Shown piece by piece: positions 23,885-54,290 of a stretch of DNA of 64,000 bases (position 1 is its first letter; each line of letters opens with the position of its first letter). The stretch covers positions 519,568 through 583,567 of the forward strand of contig NIVC01000169.1 in NCBI GenBank assembly GCA_002269645.1. The letters run 5' to 3'. The position numbers and the translations under genes are program-made. The DNA comes from Macrostomum lignano (Eukaryota). Below the pieces are notes generated by a model, which saw only the letters and a program-made list of their open reading frames with translations, was not told the DNA's origin and did not search any database.

Positions 23885-24552
23885 TGCACTCTCACACTGT
23901 ACACAGTCACTCTGACTAGTCACTCTCACACTGTACACAGTCACTCCGACTAAGCACTCTCACACTGTAAACAGTCACTCTGACTAGTCACTCTCACACT
24001 GTACACAGTCACTCCGACTAAGCACTCTCACACTGTAAACAGTCACTCTGACTAAGCACTCTCACACTGTAAACAGTCACTCTGACTAGTCACTCTCACA
24101 CTGTAAACAGTCACTCCGACTAAGCACTCTCACACTGTAAACAGTCACTCTGACTAGTCACTCTCACACTGTAAACAGTCACTCTGACTAGTCACTCTCA
24201 CACTGTAAACAGTCACTCTGACTAGTCACTATCACACTGTAAACAGTCACTTTGACTAGTCACTCTCACACTGTAAACAGTCACTCCGACTAAGCACTCT
24301 CACACTGTAAACAGTCACTCTGACTAGTCACTCTCACACTGTAAACAGTCACTCTGACTAGTCACTCTCACACTGTAAACAGTCACTCTGACTAAGCACT
24401 CTCACACTGTAAATAGTCACTCTGACTAAGCATTCTCACACTGAAAACAGTCACTCCGACTAAGCACTCTCACCCTGTACACAGTCACTCTGACTAAGCA
24501 CTCTCACACTGTACAAGTCACTCTGACTAAGCACTCTCACAGTCACTCTCAC
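23885..24552. repeat. 34-nt minisatellite CACTCTCACACTGTAAACAGTCACTCTGACTAGT, abutting the bHLH stop codon
   Basis: About 19 units ending about 10 nt from the TGA at 24564. Confidence 0.95.
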
Positions 24553-24563
24553 AGAAAACACAC

Positions 24564-26615
24564 TCAATCGGTCAGCGGCACGGCCAGCTCCTTGCGCTGG
24601 ACCAGCTGCAGCAGGCTCTGATAATTAACGCTAGACTCCGTGTCGACGCCGCTATCAAACTCGTGCAGTACCTGCTGCAGCAGTTGAATGTACTCAATTG
24701 TGATTCGAAGTGTTTTCACCTTTGACAGACGCTTGTTGCGCTTCTCGTACGGGATGTACCTGCGGGGCAAGGGTTGGCGCAGTCTGTATATAAAGTTTTA
24801 AAAGGACGTCTTGAACTATATAGTTTATACGAGGTAATGTGTTTTTCTAGTCAATATTAATCGGAGCCATACAATATTGATAAGATTTTAAATTTATATT
24901 CATACTTATTCATCATTTAAAATAATTATAGGGAGAGAAAGAAATCTAGGTGGGTATCGGTTAATTCTGATTTTTACAACTTTATTCTATGGGGTATTCT
25001 CATTTCTCAAGGCGATTTTTGTAAGGGTATTCTTAGGGGTATTTTGGGGGTATTTATTCTTTGGGTATTTTTGATGGTATTCTAGTGGTATATTGGGGGT
25101 ATTCTCGGGCGATTTTCAGGCGCATTCTTAGCGGAAATATTTAGCAAAGAGAGGGGTATTATGGGGACAATAAGGGATAGATAATATCGTAACTGTTATG
25201 GCTTCAGATCCAACAGAACAGCAAACAGAACAGCAAACAGAACAGAAAACAGAACAGCAAACAGAACAGAAAAAAACAGCAAACAGAACAGAAAAAAACA
25301 GAACAACAAACAGAACAGCAAACAGAACAACAAACAGAACAGCAAACAGAACAGCAAACAGAACAGCAAACAGAACAGCAAACAGAACAACAAACAGAAC
25401 AGCAAACAGAACAGCAAACAGAACAGCAAACAGAACAATAAACAGAACAGCAAACAGAACAGCAAACAGAACAACAAACAGAGCAGCAAACAGAACAGAA
25501 AACAGAACAGCAAACAGAACAGAAAAAAACAGAACAACAAACAGAACAGCAAACAGAACAACAAACAGAACAGCAAACAGAACAGCAAACAGAACAGCAA
25601 ACAGAACAGCAAACAGAACAGAAAAAAACAGAACAACAAACAGAACAGCAAACAGAACAACAAACAGAACAGCAAACAGAACAGCAAACAGAACAGCAAA
25701 CAGAACAACAAACAGAACAGCAAACAGAACAGCAAACAGAACAGCAAACAGAACAGCAAACAGAACAGCAAACAGAACAGCAAACAGAACAGCAAACAGA
25801 ACAGCAAACAGAACAGAAAACAGAACAGCAAACAGAACAGCAAACAGAACAGCAAACAGAACAGCTGAAAAGAAAACTCACTTCCTCAGCCTGGCAAACG
25901 CCGAGTTCACCGCTTCAACTCTGCGCCGCTCCCTGGCGTTCCTCTTCGCCACCATCAACGGCGTCTTCACTTTCGTCTCGCCGCCGCCGCCGCCGCTACC
26001 AGACCCTGGCGTCGCAGCCTCGCCGCCGCAAGGCGCGGAGGCCGACTTTGTCAGCTTTCGATTATTCCTGCCCGAGCAGCCGCCTGTAGCCGGGACGGTG
26101 GCCGAGGAGGCGGCGCAGGGGTATAAAGGAGGCGAAGCCCCGGTCAGCAGCGAGGAGGAGACACTTGACGTCGAGTCTGTCGGGAGCCGCGGCTGCTGCT
26201 GCTGGACCTCGTCGTCGTCCTCGGCTGTCCCGGCGGCCAGCAAGAAGCCACCACCGGAGCAGTCGGAGGCCTCGGCAGGGGAGGCCAGATAGGCCACTGG
26301 GCTGGACGAGTAGCCAGCTGAGCAGGTTGGCAAACTGTTTGCGAAGATCGGCGGCTGCTGCTGCTGCTGGTACTGGAGCTGCTGGTACAGCTGGTGCTGT
26401 TCATCAAAGTCAGCCAACTGGTGCTGATACTGCTGGGGATGCTGCGGCAGCAGAAGCTCACCCTGATGATGAGGCACCTGACAGGTTGGCTGATTGATGT
26501 AGATAAAATCAGAGCCGGGCAGAGGCTGAGGCTGGCTATGCCAGTGCGGATAAACTCCGCTGTCACCGCAGCCGCTCAGATACAAAATTCCACATTTGCT
26601 GTCAACATCCGCCAT
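24564..26615 (-). CDS. Achaete-scute family bHLH transcription factor (309 aa)
   Basis: Exons 25882-26615 and 24564-24759 (phase-2 GT-AG intron). Spliced bHLH VAKRNARERRRVEAVNSAFARLRKYIPYEKRNKRLSKVKTLRITIEYIQLLQQVL; Q/H/S-rich N-terminus. Confidence 0.9.
25210..25865. repeat. 12-nt minisatellite AACAGAACAGCA (bHLH intron)
   Basis: Begins about 15 nt from the donor. Confidence 0.95.
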
Positions 26616-27659
26616 GCTGTGTTAACTTTTGCTGCTCTGCTAATAACTCACTGGGGGGGGATTAATGCTAGGGAGGGTGCTTGCAGTTTGTGCTGGCAGT
26701 TTTCTATCCGGGCAAGTTTGTCGCGGGTGCTGTCTCCGCCCGCGGGCCGGTCGCGCTGCTCTCATTGGTCCGCTGACTGGTGGCGGCGGGCCTGCAGCCA
26801 CCCCCACCACCCCTCCCTGTCCCCCCGGCTCAAGTCATCAAGGAGTTGGAAAATCCAGTCAACACTTGGACTGGAGACCGCCAGTTCTATCTGTCTACTT
26901 AAGTTTATTAAGTCCATTTTTCCAAGTGGTTGGGGTCAGATGACTCCCGTTTTGACCCCCCTCCCCTAGATCTAAGGGTCATGGCGACCCCGTTGTTGAC
27001 TTCTGAAGTTGTGTATTCAACCAAAAAGCAATGAGATACTTAGTGTCTTAGCCCATCAACTATAATAAATAATAATAATAATAATATTTCTTTTGTAGAG
27101 TTCATTTCGTCTGTTAACTTCATCATTTCTCTTACGTTTACGTTTAAAAAGCTTATAAACTGTGTTTCTATCAATATTTTCTGTTTTCGAATATTTTAGC
27201 TTTCGAACTTCATGAATTTTCCGATTGGCCTGCAAGGGCAGCGATCGGGCAGAGGGGGCCGGCCACAAGCAATGGGAGAAAAATCACCTGCTCCTTTCTT
27301 TTTCACTCGTGCCTGACTTGCTTCCTTTTTTCTAACTGCCGAGTGCTGCTGCAGAACTCAGTTGCTTATAACTCAACCGAGTCCACTCACTGTCTTCTAT
27401 AAGCACCCACTCCCAGTTCTCAACCAAGGAAATAATTTTGTTATATTGACTGGAAGATCATTGGGTCCTGATACGATCTTGCTATACTGGCCACGTCTTG
27501 AATATAGAATTCAAATTTATTCTATGCATAGTTTATATTAGCTATGCACAGCCAAGTTTGTTTTAAACAATAAATGACAGACTTTAAACTACAGCAGCGG
27601 CAGAGGCTTAAATTTATACCTTTAAACGCTGCAAACTAGAGGGGAGTGAATAGAGAGGG

Positions 27660-27955
27660 AATAGGGGGGGAGCTGATGGAGAATTGATAGTTGATGGGGG
27701 AGAGTTGATGGGGGAGAGTTGATGGGGGAGACTTGATGGGGGGAGACTTGATGGGGCAGACTTGATGGGGGAGAGTTGATGGGGGAGACTTGATGGGGGA
27801 GAGTTGATGGGGAGAGTTGATGAGGGAGAGTTGATGGGGGAGAGTTGATGGGGGAGAGTTGATGAGGGAGAGTTGATGAGGGAGAGTTTATGGGGGGAGT
27901 TGATGGGACAGACTTGATGGGGGAGAGTTGATGGGGGAGAGTTGATGGCGAGGTT
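27660..27955. repeat. 14-nt G-rich minisatellite GATGGGGGAGAGTT
   Basis: Direct reading. Confidence 0.9.
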
Positions 27956-28294
27956 AATGGGGGAGGTTAGTGGGCCTGAAGGATGGAGTTGAAAGGGATC
28001 GACAGCGACTAGAGGTGAATGAGTTAGGAGGCTGGTTTTGGAAGCATGCAATGGTACTCATAAGCGTGACCAATACAAGCTACCAACCAACAATATAGGT
28101 AAAGTAGCACTAATAGAACATAACAATCGTAACACGAATGAACTATAATAACAGCTGTAAAACACTCACACCCACAAGGTCTCACACAGCCCAGTGTGAA
28201 CAAATAGGAGAAAAGCGGGATGTAAAGGATAAGAGCTCACTTCTTATGCTCCATAGCAGCGCTGTCTCGCTGGTCTATGACGCAAAATCAATAA

Positions 28295-28700
28295 CCACTG
28301 TGTCTTTAGATGGGCGCCACTGTGTCTTTAGATGGGCGCTATTGTGCCTTTAGATGGGCGCCACTGTCTCTTTAGATGGGCGCCACTGTGTCTTTAGATG
28401 GGCGCCACTGTGTCTTTAGATGGGCGCCACTGTGTCTTTAGATGGGCGCCACTGTCTCTTTAGATGGGCGCCACTGTGTCTTTAGATGGGCGCCACTGTG
28501 TCTTTAGATGGGCGCCACTGTCTCTTTAGATGGGCGCCACTGTCTCTTTAGATGGGCGCCACTGTCTCTTTAGATGGGCGCCACTGTGTCTTTAGATGGG
28601 CGCCACTGTGTCTTTAGATGGGCGCCACTGTCTCTTTAGATGGGCGCCACTGTCTCTTTAGATGGGCGCCACTGTCTCTTTAGACGGGCGCCACTGTGTC
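28295..28700. repeat. 22-nt minisatellite TTTAGATGGGCGCCACTGT(G/C)TC
   Basis: About 18 units. Confidence 0.95.
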
Positions 28701-29589
28701 TTAAGCCGGTGATGCCAACGTCCAAGCGGGAGGCAAAATTTGAGCTTCTGTCATTCGTCGGCTGCCTCTTCTAGTTTTTGAATGAGAGTAAATTTTATGA
28801 AGGCGGCCCCACGGCACCGTTGTTATACTTTCGGATGTTGAAGATATCCGTGTCTTGTGTTGTCCGCCCAGATAGTACAAGTACTTTCTGATCCCCCTCC
28901 AGATATTCCAAGCATCTTTAAGCATCCGGTCCGGATATCTCAAGCTACTTTGCGTTCTCCGGGGTCCTTTCCCCGGAAGTCACAAGCAGGTTTAAATATC
29001 CGGCCGAAGAACTAAGGTTTGCTTTGCGATATCCGGATTGTGAAGTCCGGGTCAAAGAACGATTTGTCAGTTGAATATTTTCAAAGCAAAGAAGCAATAA
29101 ATACCAAATTGTCAAAAATTTCAAGAAACAATTGTTGTTTTGTATTTTTACGAGCGTAATGAATTAGTTAAATTAGGAGCGTAGTTAGTTAGCAGTTATT
29201 AGTATTTAGTTTAATTAATTTGTTAGTTCAATTAGTTAAAGTCAACAGAATATTGGGGAAGCACTTCTACTACGAGTAGATTGCCAGGTTTGATTGTTTC
29301 CGCACTTTTGGCAATCCTTTGACATTAATTAAATAGCTTTTTAAATACACTGAGCATCAGAGACAATGAGTTATGCATTGCGCAATTACACTGACAATTT
29401 AGCTAGATCTCACGCTGCAAAGTACACAGCTGTTCGTATATAAGGCCGTGTGAGTCCCCGCACATGCAACCTATAATTATTTGGCAGAGTTTTAGCCCGA
29501 GGCTGCACACCGCTCATGTACATTTTTACCCCCGGAGATCTCAAATCAGGGAAAACGCAAGGCACGACTTATGTTATGCCTTGCGTTGT

Positions 29590-29977
29590 CCGGGACTGTA
29601 GATCGCAAAGCAGAGTCACATTTGTCTTGCGATCCCCGGCCGGAGACTGCAAGCGCGCGGAGATCGCAAAGCAGAGTCACATTTGTCTTGCGATCTCCGG
29701 CCGGAGATTGCAAGCGCGCGGAGATTGCAAAGCAGAGTCACATTTGTCTTGCGATCTCCGGCCGGAGACTGCAAGCGCGCGGAGATCGCAAAGCAGAGTC
29801 ACATTTGTCTTGCGATCTCCGGCCGGAGACTGCAAGCGCACGGAGATCGCAAAGCAGAGTCACATTTGTCTTGCGATCTCCGGCCGGAGACTGCAAGCGC
29901 ACGGAGATCGCAAAGCAGAGTCACATTTGTCTTGCGATCTCCGGCCGGAGACTGCAAGCGCGCGGAGATCGCAAAGC
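29590..29977. repeat. 61-nt palindrome-containing tandem repeat, about 6.3 units
   Basis: Unit GCGCGCGGAGATCGCAAAGCAGAGTCACATTTGTCTTGCGATCTCCGGCCGGAGACTGCAA. Confidence 0.95.
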
Positions 29978-30172
29978 CTAACACCGGCCCTCTGCGCACG
30001 CCACAGAGGCATGGATGGAATGTTTGACCCTCTTTAAAATTCAAAGCTAAGTGACGCGAGGTTTTGTCTATGGTCGGAACCAAAGAAGGGTTATAAGTGG
30101 ATCCAGTCATTTGTTTTCATTATTTAGCATTCAGTGTCAATCTTGAATAATCATTCTCAAGCCTGCAAAAGT

Positions 30173-33100
30173 ATGAGAGCTCAGCGCAATAAATTTCTGC
30201 AGCGGCTAGAGAAACGGCTCACCCTGACTGAGCAGCGACAGAACAGCGGCGAAGGCGGCGGCGGCGGCAACAGTAGCAGCAGCAAGGAGGCCACGTCACA
30301 GGCCGTCAGCGCCAGGCCATCCCTGACGCAGTCCATCGATCCGAACCGCATTCCAGACGAGCCGTGGCTGGAAAATAATTGGGAAATTAATCCCGAAGCC
30401 TACGAGAATCTGTGCCGTCTGTATAGTGATTATTTTCACAGAATTCACGGCGGGGTGATAATGAAAGATCAAACCAAGAAGGTGCTGATTGATCTGGCTA
30501 TTTGCCAACTGAACTCCTTTGTTGCTATCGACGCACTGTTGGATAGGAAGCTGCTTTTGGTGCTGGTGAACAGCCATGTTCAGGTGAGGCAGTGGCAGTG
30601 GCCAGTGACATTGGGGCAGTGACATTGGGGCAGTGACATTGGGGCAGTGAAATTGGGATAGTGAAATTGGGGTAGTGACATTGGGGCAGTGACATTGGGG
30701 CAGTGAAATTGGGGCAGTGAAATTGAGCCAGTGACATTGGGGCAGTTAAATTGGGGCAGTGAAATTGGGGCAGTTAAATTGGGGTAGTGACATTGGGGCA
30801 GTGAAATTGGGGCAGTGACATTGGGGCAATGAAATTGGGATAGTGAAATTGGGGTAGTGACATTGGGGCAGTGACATTGGGGCAGTTAAATTGGGGCAGT
30901 GAAATTGGGGCAGTTAAATTGGGGTAGTGACATTGGGGCAGTGACATTGGGGCAGTGACATTGGGGCAGTGACATTGGGGCAGTGACATTCGGGCAGTTA
31001 AATTGGGGCAGTGAAATTGGGGCAGTTAAATTGGGGTAGTGACATTGGGGCAGTGACATTGGGGCAGTGACATTGGGGCAGTGACATTGGGGCAGTGAAA
31101 TTGGGATAGTGAAATTGGGGTAGTGACATTGGGGCAGTGACATTGGGGCAGTTAAATTGGGGCAGTGAAATTGGGGCAGTTAAATTGGGGTAGTGACATT
31201 GGGGCAGTGACATTGGGGCAGTTAAATTGGGGCAGTGACATTGGGGCAGTGACATTGGGGCAGTGACATTGGGGCAGTGAAATTGGGGTAGTGAAATTGG
31301 GGTAGTGACATTGGGGCAGTAACATTGGGGCAGTGAAATTGGGGTAGTGAAATTGGGGCAGTTAAATTGGGGTAGTGACATTGGGGCAGTGAAATTGGGG
31401 CAGTTAAATTGGGGCAGTAACTTAGTAACCAAATATTAAATACAATATCCCAGTTAAGATTTATTATTATTAAATTCTCTCTAAAATTGTAATCAATGTT
31501 TAGAGAATCGGCAAACTAAATTTCAATATCTAAACATTTTTCAGGTCCATTATCTAGTAGTATTTTAAGCGCATAAGTATACACATATGTATTTATTTAT
31601 TTTTGTACACACAGAGCAACGACCGGTACATCAGCATCAAGGAGTTCATCCGGCTGATGTTCTTTCTGTCTTACGCCTCCAAAGAGCAGCTGGAGGAGAC
31701 GGTCTTCAGGATTGTCAGCGACGGCGAGGACAGAGTTAGCGTTGGCCAGCTGATACAGATGCACTGCTTCCGAATGCAGCGGCCGATGTCCTGCCATCTC
31801 ATCAATCTGATCAGCGAGTGCGACAGGTCCGGGTCCGGCCTGCTTGACGTGTACGACTTCAGGTAAGAATTGCTTTATGGCAGTAATTATTGCAGTCCCT
31901 GACATCCCTGACGGAGTCAATATGCAACTGTTAATGCATCACTGAATCTTGTAATCCATGAATCTTGTAATCAATGAATCTTGTAACCACTGAATCTTGT
32001 AATCCATGAATCCTGTAATCAATGCATCTTGTAATCAATGCATCTTGTAATCAATGAATCTTCTAATCAATGAATCTTGTAACCACTGAATCTTGTAATC
32101 CATGAATCCTGTAATCAATGCATCTTGTAATCAATGCATCTTGTAATCAATGAATCTTCTAATCAATGAATCTTCTAATCAATGAATCTTGTAACCACTG
32201 AATCTTGTAATCCATGAATCCTGTAATCCATGAATCTTGTAATCAATGAATCTTGTAATCAATGCATCTTGTAATCAATGAATCTTGTAACCACTGAATC
32301 TTGTAATCCATGAATCCTGTAATCAATGAATCTTGTAATCAATGCATCTTGTGAATCACTCAATCTTGTAATCCATGAATCTTGTAATCAACTAATCTTG
32401 TAAATCACTGAATCTTGTAATCAATGAATCTTGTAATCAACTAATCTTGTAAATCACTGAATCTTGTAATCAATGAATCTTGTAATCAATGCATCTTGTA
32501 ATCAATGCATCTTGTAATCAATGCATCTTGTAAACCACTGAATCTTGTAATCAATGCATCTTGTAATCACTGAATCTTGTAATCACTGAATCTTGTAATC
32601 AATGAATCTTGTAATCAATGCATCTTGTAATCACTGAATCTTGTAATCACTGAATCTTGTAATCAATGAATCTTGTAATCAATGCATCTTGTAAATCACT
32701 GAATCTTGTAATCAATGAATCTTGTAACCAATTTATCTTTTAAATCAGACATCAGCATCGAGATAATTTGATCTTTCCTTTTTAATCAAAGAACCTTGGT
32801 TACTGCAAATCCAGTTCTTTAAGAAAACATTTAGAAGAACCTGATCACCCACAGACTGCTCATAGCCAAGCTGCAGCAGATGGAGCAGCTCGAGTGCACG
32901 CAGGCCCAGCCTCCGATGGAGCGCGAGCGCGAGAAGATGGACGAAGCCCTGCTGGAGGCGAGCGACCTGCAGTCCTGGTCCTGGGACATCGCAGTGCCTC
33001 ATCTTCGCATGAGTTCTCAGCTCAGAAGCCTGGCTCACTGCCGCTCTCTACTGGAGCAGCATCCGGCCCTCGGAGAGGCATTGTCCCGGCTGGCCTGGGA

Positions 33101-33805
33101 GTGTGAGCGGATTCGAGCTTGGGGAGATTCGAGCTTGGGGAGATTCGAGTTTGAGAAGATACGAGTTTGGAAAGATTCGATCGAGCTTGGGGAGATTCGA
33201 GCTTGGGGAGATTCGAGTTTGGGGAGATTCGAGCTTGGGAAGATTCCAGCTAGGGAAGATTCGAGTTTGGGAAGATTCGAGCTAGGGGAGTTTTTTCGTC
33301 TTCGGGAAGATATTCGAGCTTGGGAAGATTCGAGTTTGGGAAGATCTGAGCTTGTGGAGTTTACACGTAGAGTTCCGGAAGATTCGAGTTCGGGAAGATT
33401 CGAGCTCCGGAAGATTCGAGTTCGGGAAGATTCGAGTTCGGGAGGATTCGAGTTCAGGAAGATTCGAGCTTGGGGAGATTCAAGCTTGTGGAGTTTAGAG
33501 TTTGGGAAGAGTCGAGTTTGGGAAGATTTGAGCTTGGGGAGTTTACATGTAGAGTTCAGGAAGATTCGAGCTTGGGAAGATTCGAGTTTGGGAATATTCG
33601 AGCTTGGGGAGATTCAAGCCTTAACATCCGCTTCACAGATCCCGAGATGCTGTCGGCTTCGTTCGTTAAGAGCGCCATCAAGCACTGCTTCGAGCAGGGG
33701 ACCCCGCCGCAACAATCAACAGCCTCCAGCAGCGATGACGACCGCGACGACATGCATGACGCCGGCGAGGGCCCCCTCGATGGAGAGAATTTTTCTGAAA
33801 TCTAG
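30173..33805 (+). CDS. Divergent EF-hand-containing protein (about 357 aa), family not recognised
   Basis: Exons 30173-30583, 31615-31862, 32855-33102, 33639-33805; phases 0/2/1 close into one ORF ending TAG. EF-loop-like SNDRYISIKEF and DRSGSGLLDVYDF. Start codon uncertain. Confidence 0.65.
30590..31420. repeat. 14-nt minisatellite GACATTGGGGCAGT / GAAATTGGGGCAGT (EF-hand intron 1)
   Basis: Starts within about 10 nt of the donor. Confidence 0.95.
31938..32730. repeat. 16-nt minisatellite AATCAATGAATCTTGT (EF-hand intron 2)
   Basis: Direct reading. Confidence 0.95.
33108..33618. repeat. 16-nt degenerate minisatellite GATTCGAGCTTGGGGA (EF-hand intron 3)
   Basis: Fills almost the whole 536-nt intron. 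Confidence 0.9.
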
Positions 33806-34119
33806 TAGCAAAAAATGCGCCCTAATTTTGTACTACTTCTCATGAGTAGTATGCGTTTTCTAACGCTTATAACTATAAAAACATGGACAATTATCTATTC
33901 AAATCCACCAATAATACAGTTGAAAATGCGTTTTCTGGATCTCTGATTGATTGTTCATCTCTGACGACTCAATCTGAATAAATTGGCTTGGAATACAGCC
34001 AAAACACAATAGACCTTTCTAAGAGTATATATATTGCAGATCGTGCTGTACTTTATAGGGACTTCAAACTCCCGGGAGTTTTAATGTAATTAATTCTCTT
34101 ACATTTGTGTAGATTGATT

Positions 34120-34725
34120 GAGGGGCGATTCTCTAAGGGAAAGGGTGGCTGGAAGGGCGATTCTCTAAGGGAAAGGGTGGCTGGAAGGGCGATTCTCTAA
34201 GAAAAAGGGTGGCTGGAGGGGCGATTCTCTAAGGGAAAGGGTGGCTGGAAGGGTGATTCTCTAAGGGAAAGGGTGACTGGAGGGGCGATTCTCTAAGGGA
34301 AAGGGTGGCTGGAAGGGCGATTCTCTAAGGGAAAGGGTGGCTGGAAGGGCGATTCTCTAAGAAAAAGGGTGGCTGGAGGGGCGATTCTCTAAGGGAAAGG
34401 GTGGCTGGAGGGGCGATTCTCTAAGGGAAAGGGTGGCTGGAGGGGCGATTCTCTAAGGGAAAGGGTGGCTGGAGGGGCGATTCTCTAAGGGAAAGGGTGG
34501 ATAGAGGGCGATTCTCAAAGGGAAAGGGTGGCTGGAGGGGCGATTCTCTAAGGGAAAGGGTGGATAGAGGGCGATTCTCTATGGAAAAGGATGGATGAGG
34601 GCGATTCTCTATGGAAAAGGATGGATGAGGGCGATTCTCTATGGAAAAGGATGGATGAGGGCGATTCTCTAAGGGGAAGGGTGGATAGAGGCAATTCTCT
34701 AAGGGAAAGGGTGGATAGAGGGGCG
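34120..34725. repeat. 32-nt minisatellite GGGCGATTCTCTAAGGGAAAGGGTGGCTGGA(A/G)
   Basis: Between the convergent EF-hand and MAPKAPK2 3' ends. Confidence 0.95.
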
Positions 34726-35683
34726 AGTCTCAGGCGAGACTACTGATTAAAATAACTGCAACACGAAGGCTGAGTTCTCATTCTGCATTGCAGATCAAGC
34801 AGCATTAGTTTATATTACAGCAAGGCTGATTGCACTCTCTATTCTTTTATTAAAGTGAAACTTACTACTTATTTACTAGTAAGTAGCAGAGGTGAGCTGC
34901 CTACTTGAAACAAAAATAAATAGCTTACCAATCGCTTACAAGAAACAATGGATAACTGCGGTAGAAGGAAGCTACACTCGACTTTCTTAAAAATAAGCTG
35001 TAACCTGCAAGCCCGCAAAGAACGAATATCTGCCGTATCACCAGTGCATTAACTGTGAATTAGGTTTTACCATAGACAAATTCAGTCGAGAAGAATCTAG
35101 ACTAAACGCACTGGCGACACGAGAAATATCCGTCCCTTACCGACCTCCAGATCGTTTCTTAGCAAGTCGAGTGTAGCGACCTTCTACTTCAGATCTCCAC
35201 GGGAGGAGATAACGGCCAGATAAAGGAAGGAACACACGGAATATTTGAACCATTTAGTGAGCACAGAATCGCACACACAGAATTTGAAAGCCAGACTTGA
35301 ATACAACAATGCTTAAATAAAAATTCAAGTAAGAGGGGGCCCAACACTTCGAATCCCGTGGGGAAAAGTTATTTGACAGCCGCTTCGAGATGGATTATCA
35401 GATAGACAGATGCAACTGTTTGTACTTTTCAAGCCGTTATCTTTTCTGCTTAAAGAACACTCCAAAAAAAGTTTTGCCTACTGATAGTAGCATAAAAATA
35501 CAAACGACACATTTTTACATTCAAAATGGTTAAACAAAGTGAATACAACATACACAGAACGCATCGCGGGACAAAGTAATCTTAGCAGTTGAGCTTCTTA
35601 CTTACAAAAATTAGAATAAAAATTAGACCAGATGGTATTCAAAGAGTCTGAGAGCCGATAGAGCTCACAGGGAAGATTATTCA

Positions 35684-52163
<16,480 letters not shown>

Positions 52164-52838
52164 AATGTGCAAGCGCTGCTGTAAGAGCAAGATCACGTTC
52201 GAATTATTCTTATGTCGATACAGCAACTTAAATCAATGCGGTAATAAGAAGTTAATAAGATACTAATTTAAACTACAAAATAAAGTGTAGCGCCAGCAAA
52301 AAACGTTTAAGAGGGTTTTAGTTAAATCATAATGAAATTTATATATTTTTTATTAACAAATTTGTCTAAAAATATTGCGCGAAGTTAGTTAAGGTACGAG
52401 TTTAAAAGGGTATTTTATGTAATTAGGCTTGACTTACCGTGTACGGCCTTTCAGAAATTTTGATTTTCAAAATCGTTGAAAAAAATCAAAAACTTTGGAA
52501 TTGTAAACTATCTAGCAGGTAACGGAATCTTTACCAAAGCTGACAACTACGAGTATATGTACATAGATTTTGGATTCTGTCATTTACGAGCCGTATTTCG
52601 GAGTTTCACATAAACGCATGCATTTTTGGTTACATTTAAAAACTATGACTTTCAGGAAAAACTAATTCAGCTAAACGAGGTTAAACACTTTCCCTTGTAG
52701 ACCAATAAAGATTCTGAAGCATGGGCAAAGGGAAAATCGACTGCCCTACTGACACTAACGAAGAAGGAAATATTCGTAAGCAAGTTAATTTGCTCCGAGT
52801 TCTCATCTAACTGTATATTTACAACTGTATTCTATTAC

Positions 52839-53485
<647 letters not shown>

Positions 53486-54290
53486 TTGGATAAATATCGC
53501 TGAATAAAGCTACAGACTCAGACTGCAAACTCGATAAAGTAAAAAGAGAATTTTCTGTTTCGTATCAGAACTATATCAGTCCCGTCGCCACTGCGCTCTG
53601 CAGTTGAAGGAGTAAGGACTCGAATCGATTATAATTGTTTTCATTAAATACTTTTTGTTGCGTGGGGCAGAAGTTTCCTAATATCAACTAAAATTTATTA
53701 ATCGAAGATTAAAAAAGGTTTCGATCCAGCGCTTCCCAGCCAGTAGCTGTCTGCTTCGGCTACGGTGAAAGTTTCACGCAAAGTTCCTGAAGTCGCGGGG
53801 AAGAAAACGCAGCGCAGCGCAGCTCTGTGCCGAATAATTAACAGAGTGGAAAACTGCATAGGCTCAGACAGCTCAATGCAGAATATTTGCAGCTGCGACT
53901 CAGCGGGGGAGTTGAGGTTGGGTGGAGGACAAGTGGCGGCCATAACTTTTCACTACTTTATTGATTCTTTTCGTTCAGTCCCGTCTCCACAGCTCTACCC
54001 AAGTGCGCTAGACAAAGCCCCTCTACCAACTACATTATGGTTGTCTCTTCACTCCAATATCGAAGATCCTGAAAGAGAAAAAGCTATGCGACCAACCAAC
54101 AACCCCCTCCAGCATGTCTCCGGCAACTCTTTATTAACTCCCACTTTTGCAAATACTTACATTCGATTCCCTCTACGCCCGTCTCCAGCCCGATCGCTAC
54201 ACATTAGAAAATAATCCATACAGTCGCTGACGGTCGATATAATCCCCATTTAAAGCCCGTTAATCCATCCGAGCTATTCGGCTTGCTGAT

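Noticed and set aside
26144-26969. Overlapping ORFs around the bHLH exon
   Set aside because: Shadow frames of a GC-rich, CAG-rich coding exon.
28295-28700. CTCF-site array (TAGATGGGCGC)
   Set aside because: It has an extra G and lacks the CC(A/G)C 5' half of the consensus; resemblance is only partial.
29590-29977. CRISPR-like array (palindromic repeats)
   Set aside because: The sequence between palindromes is the same in each unit (no unique spacers), there are no cas genes, and the context is eukaryotic.
53698-53943. 81-aa minus ORF as MAPKAPK2 first coding exon
   Set aside because: No convincing donor and no recognisable similarity; likely promoter/UTR sequence.
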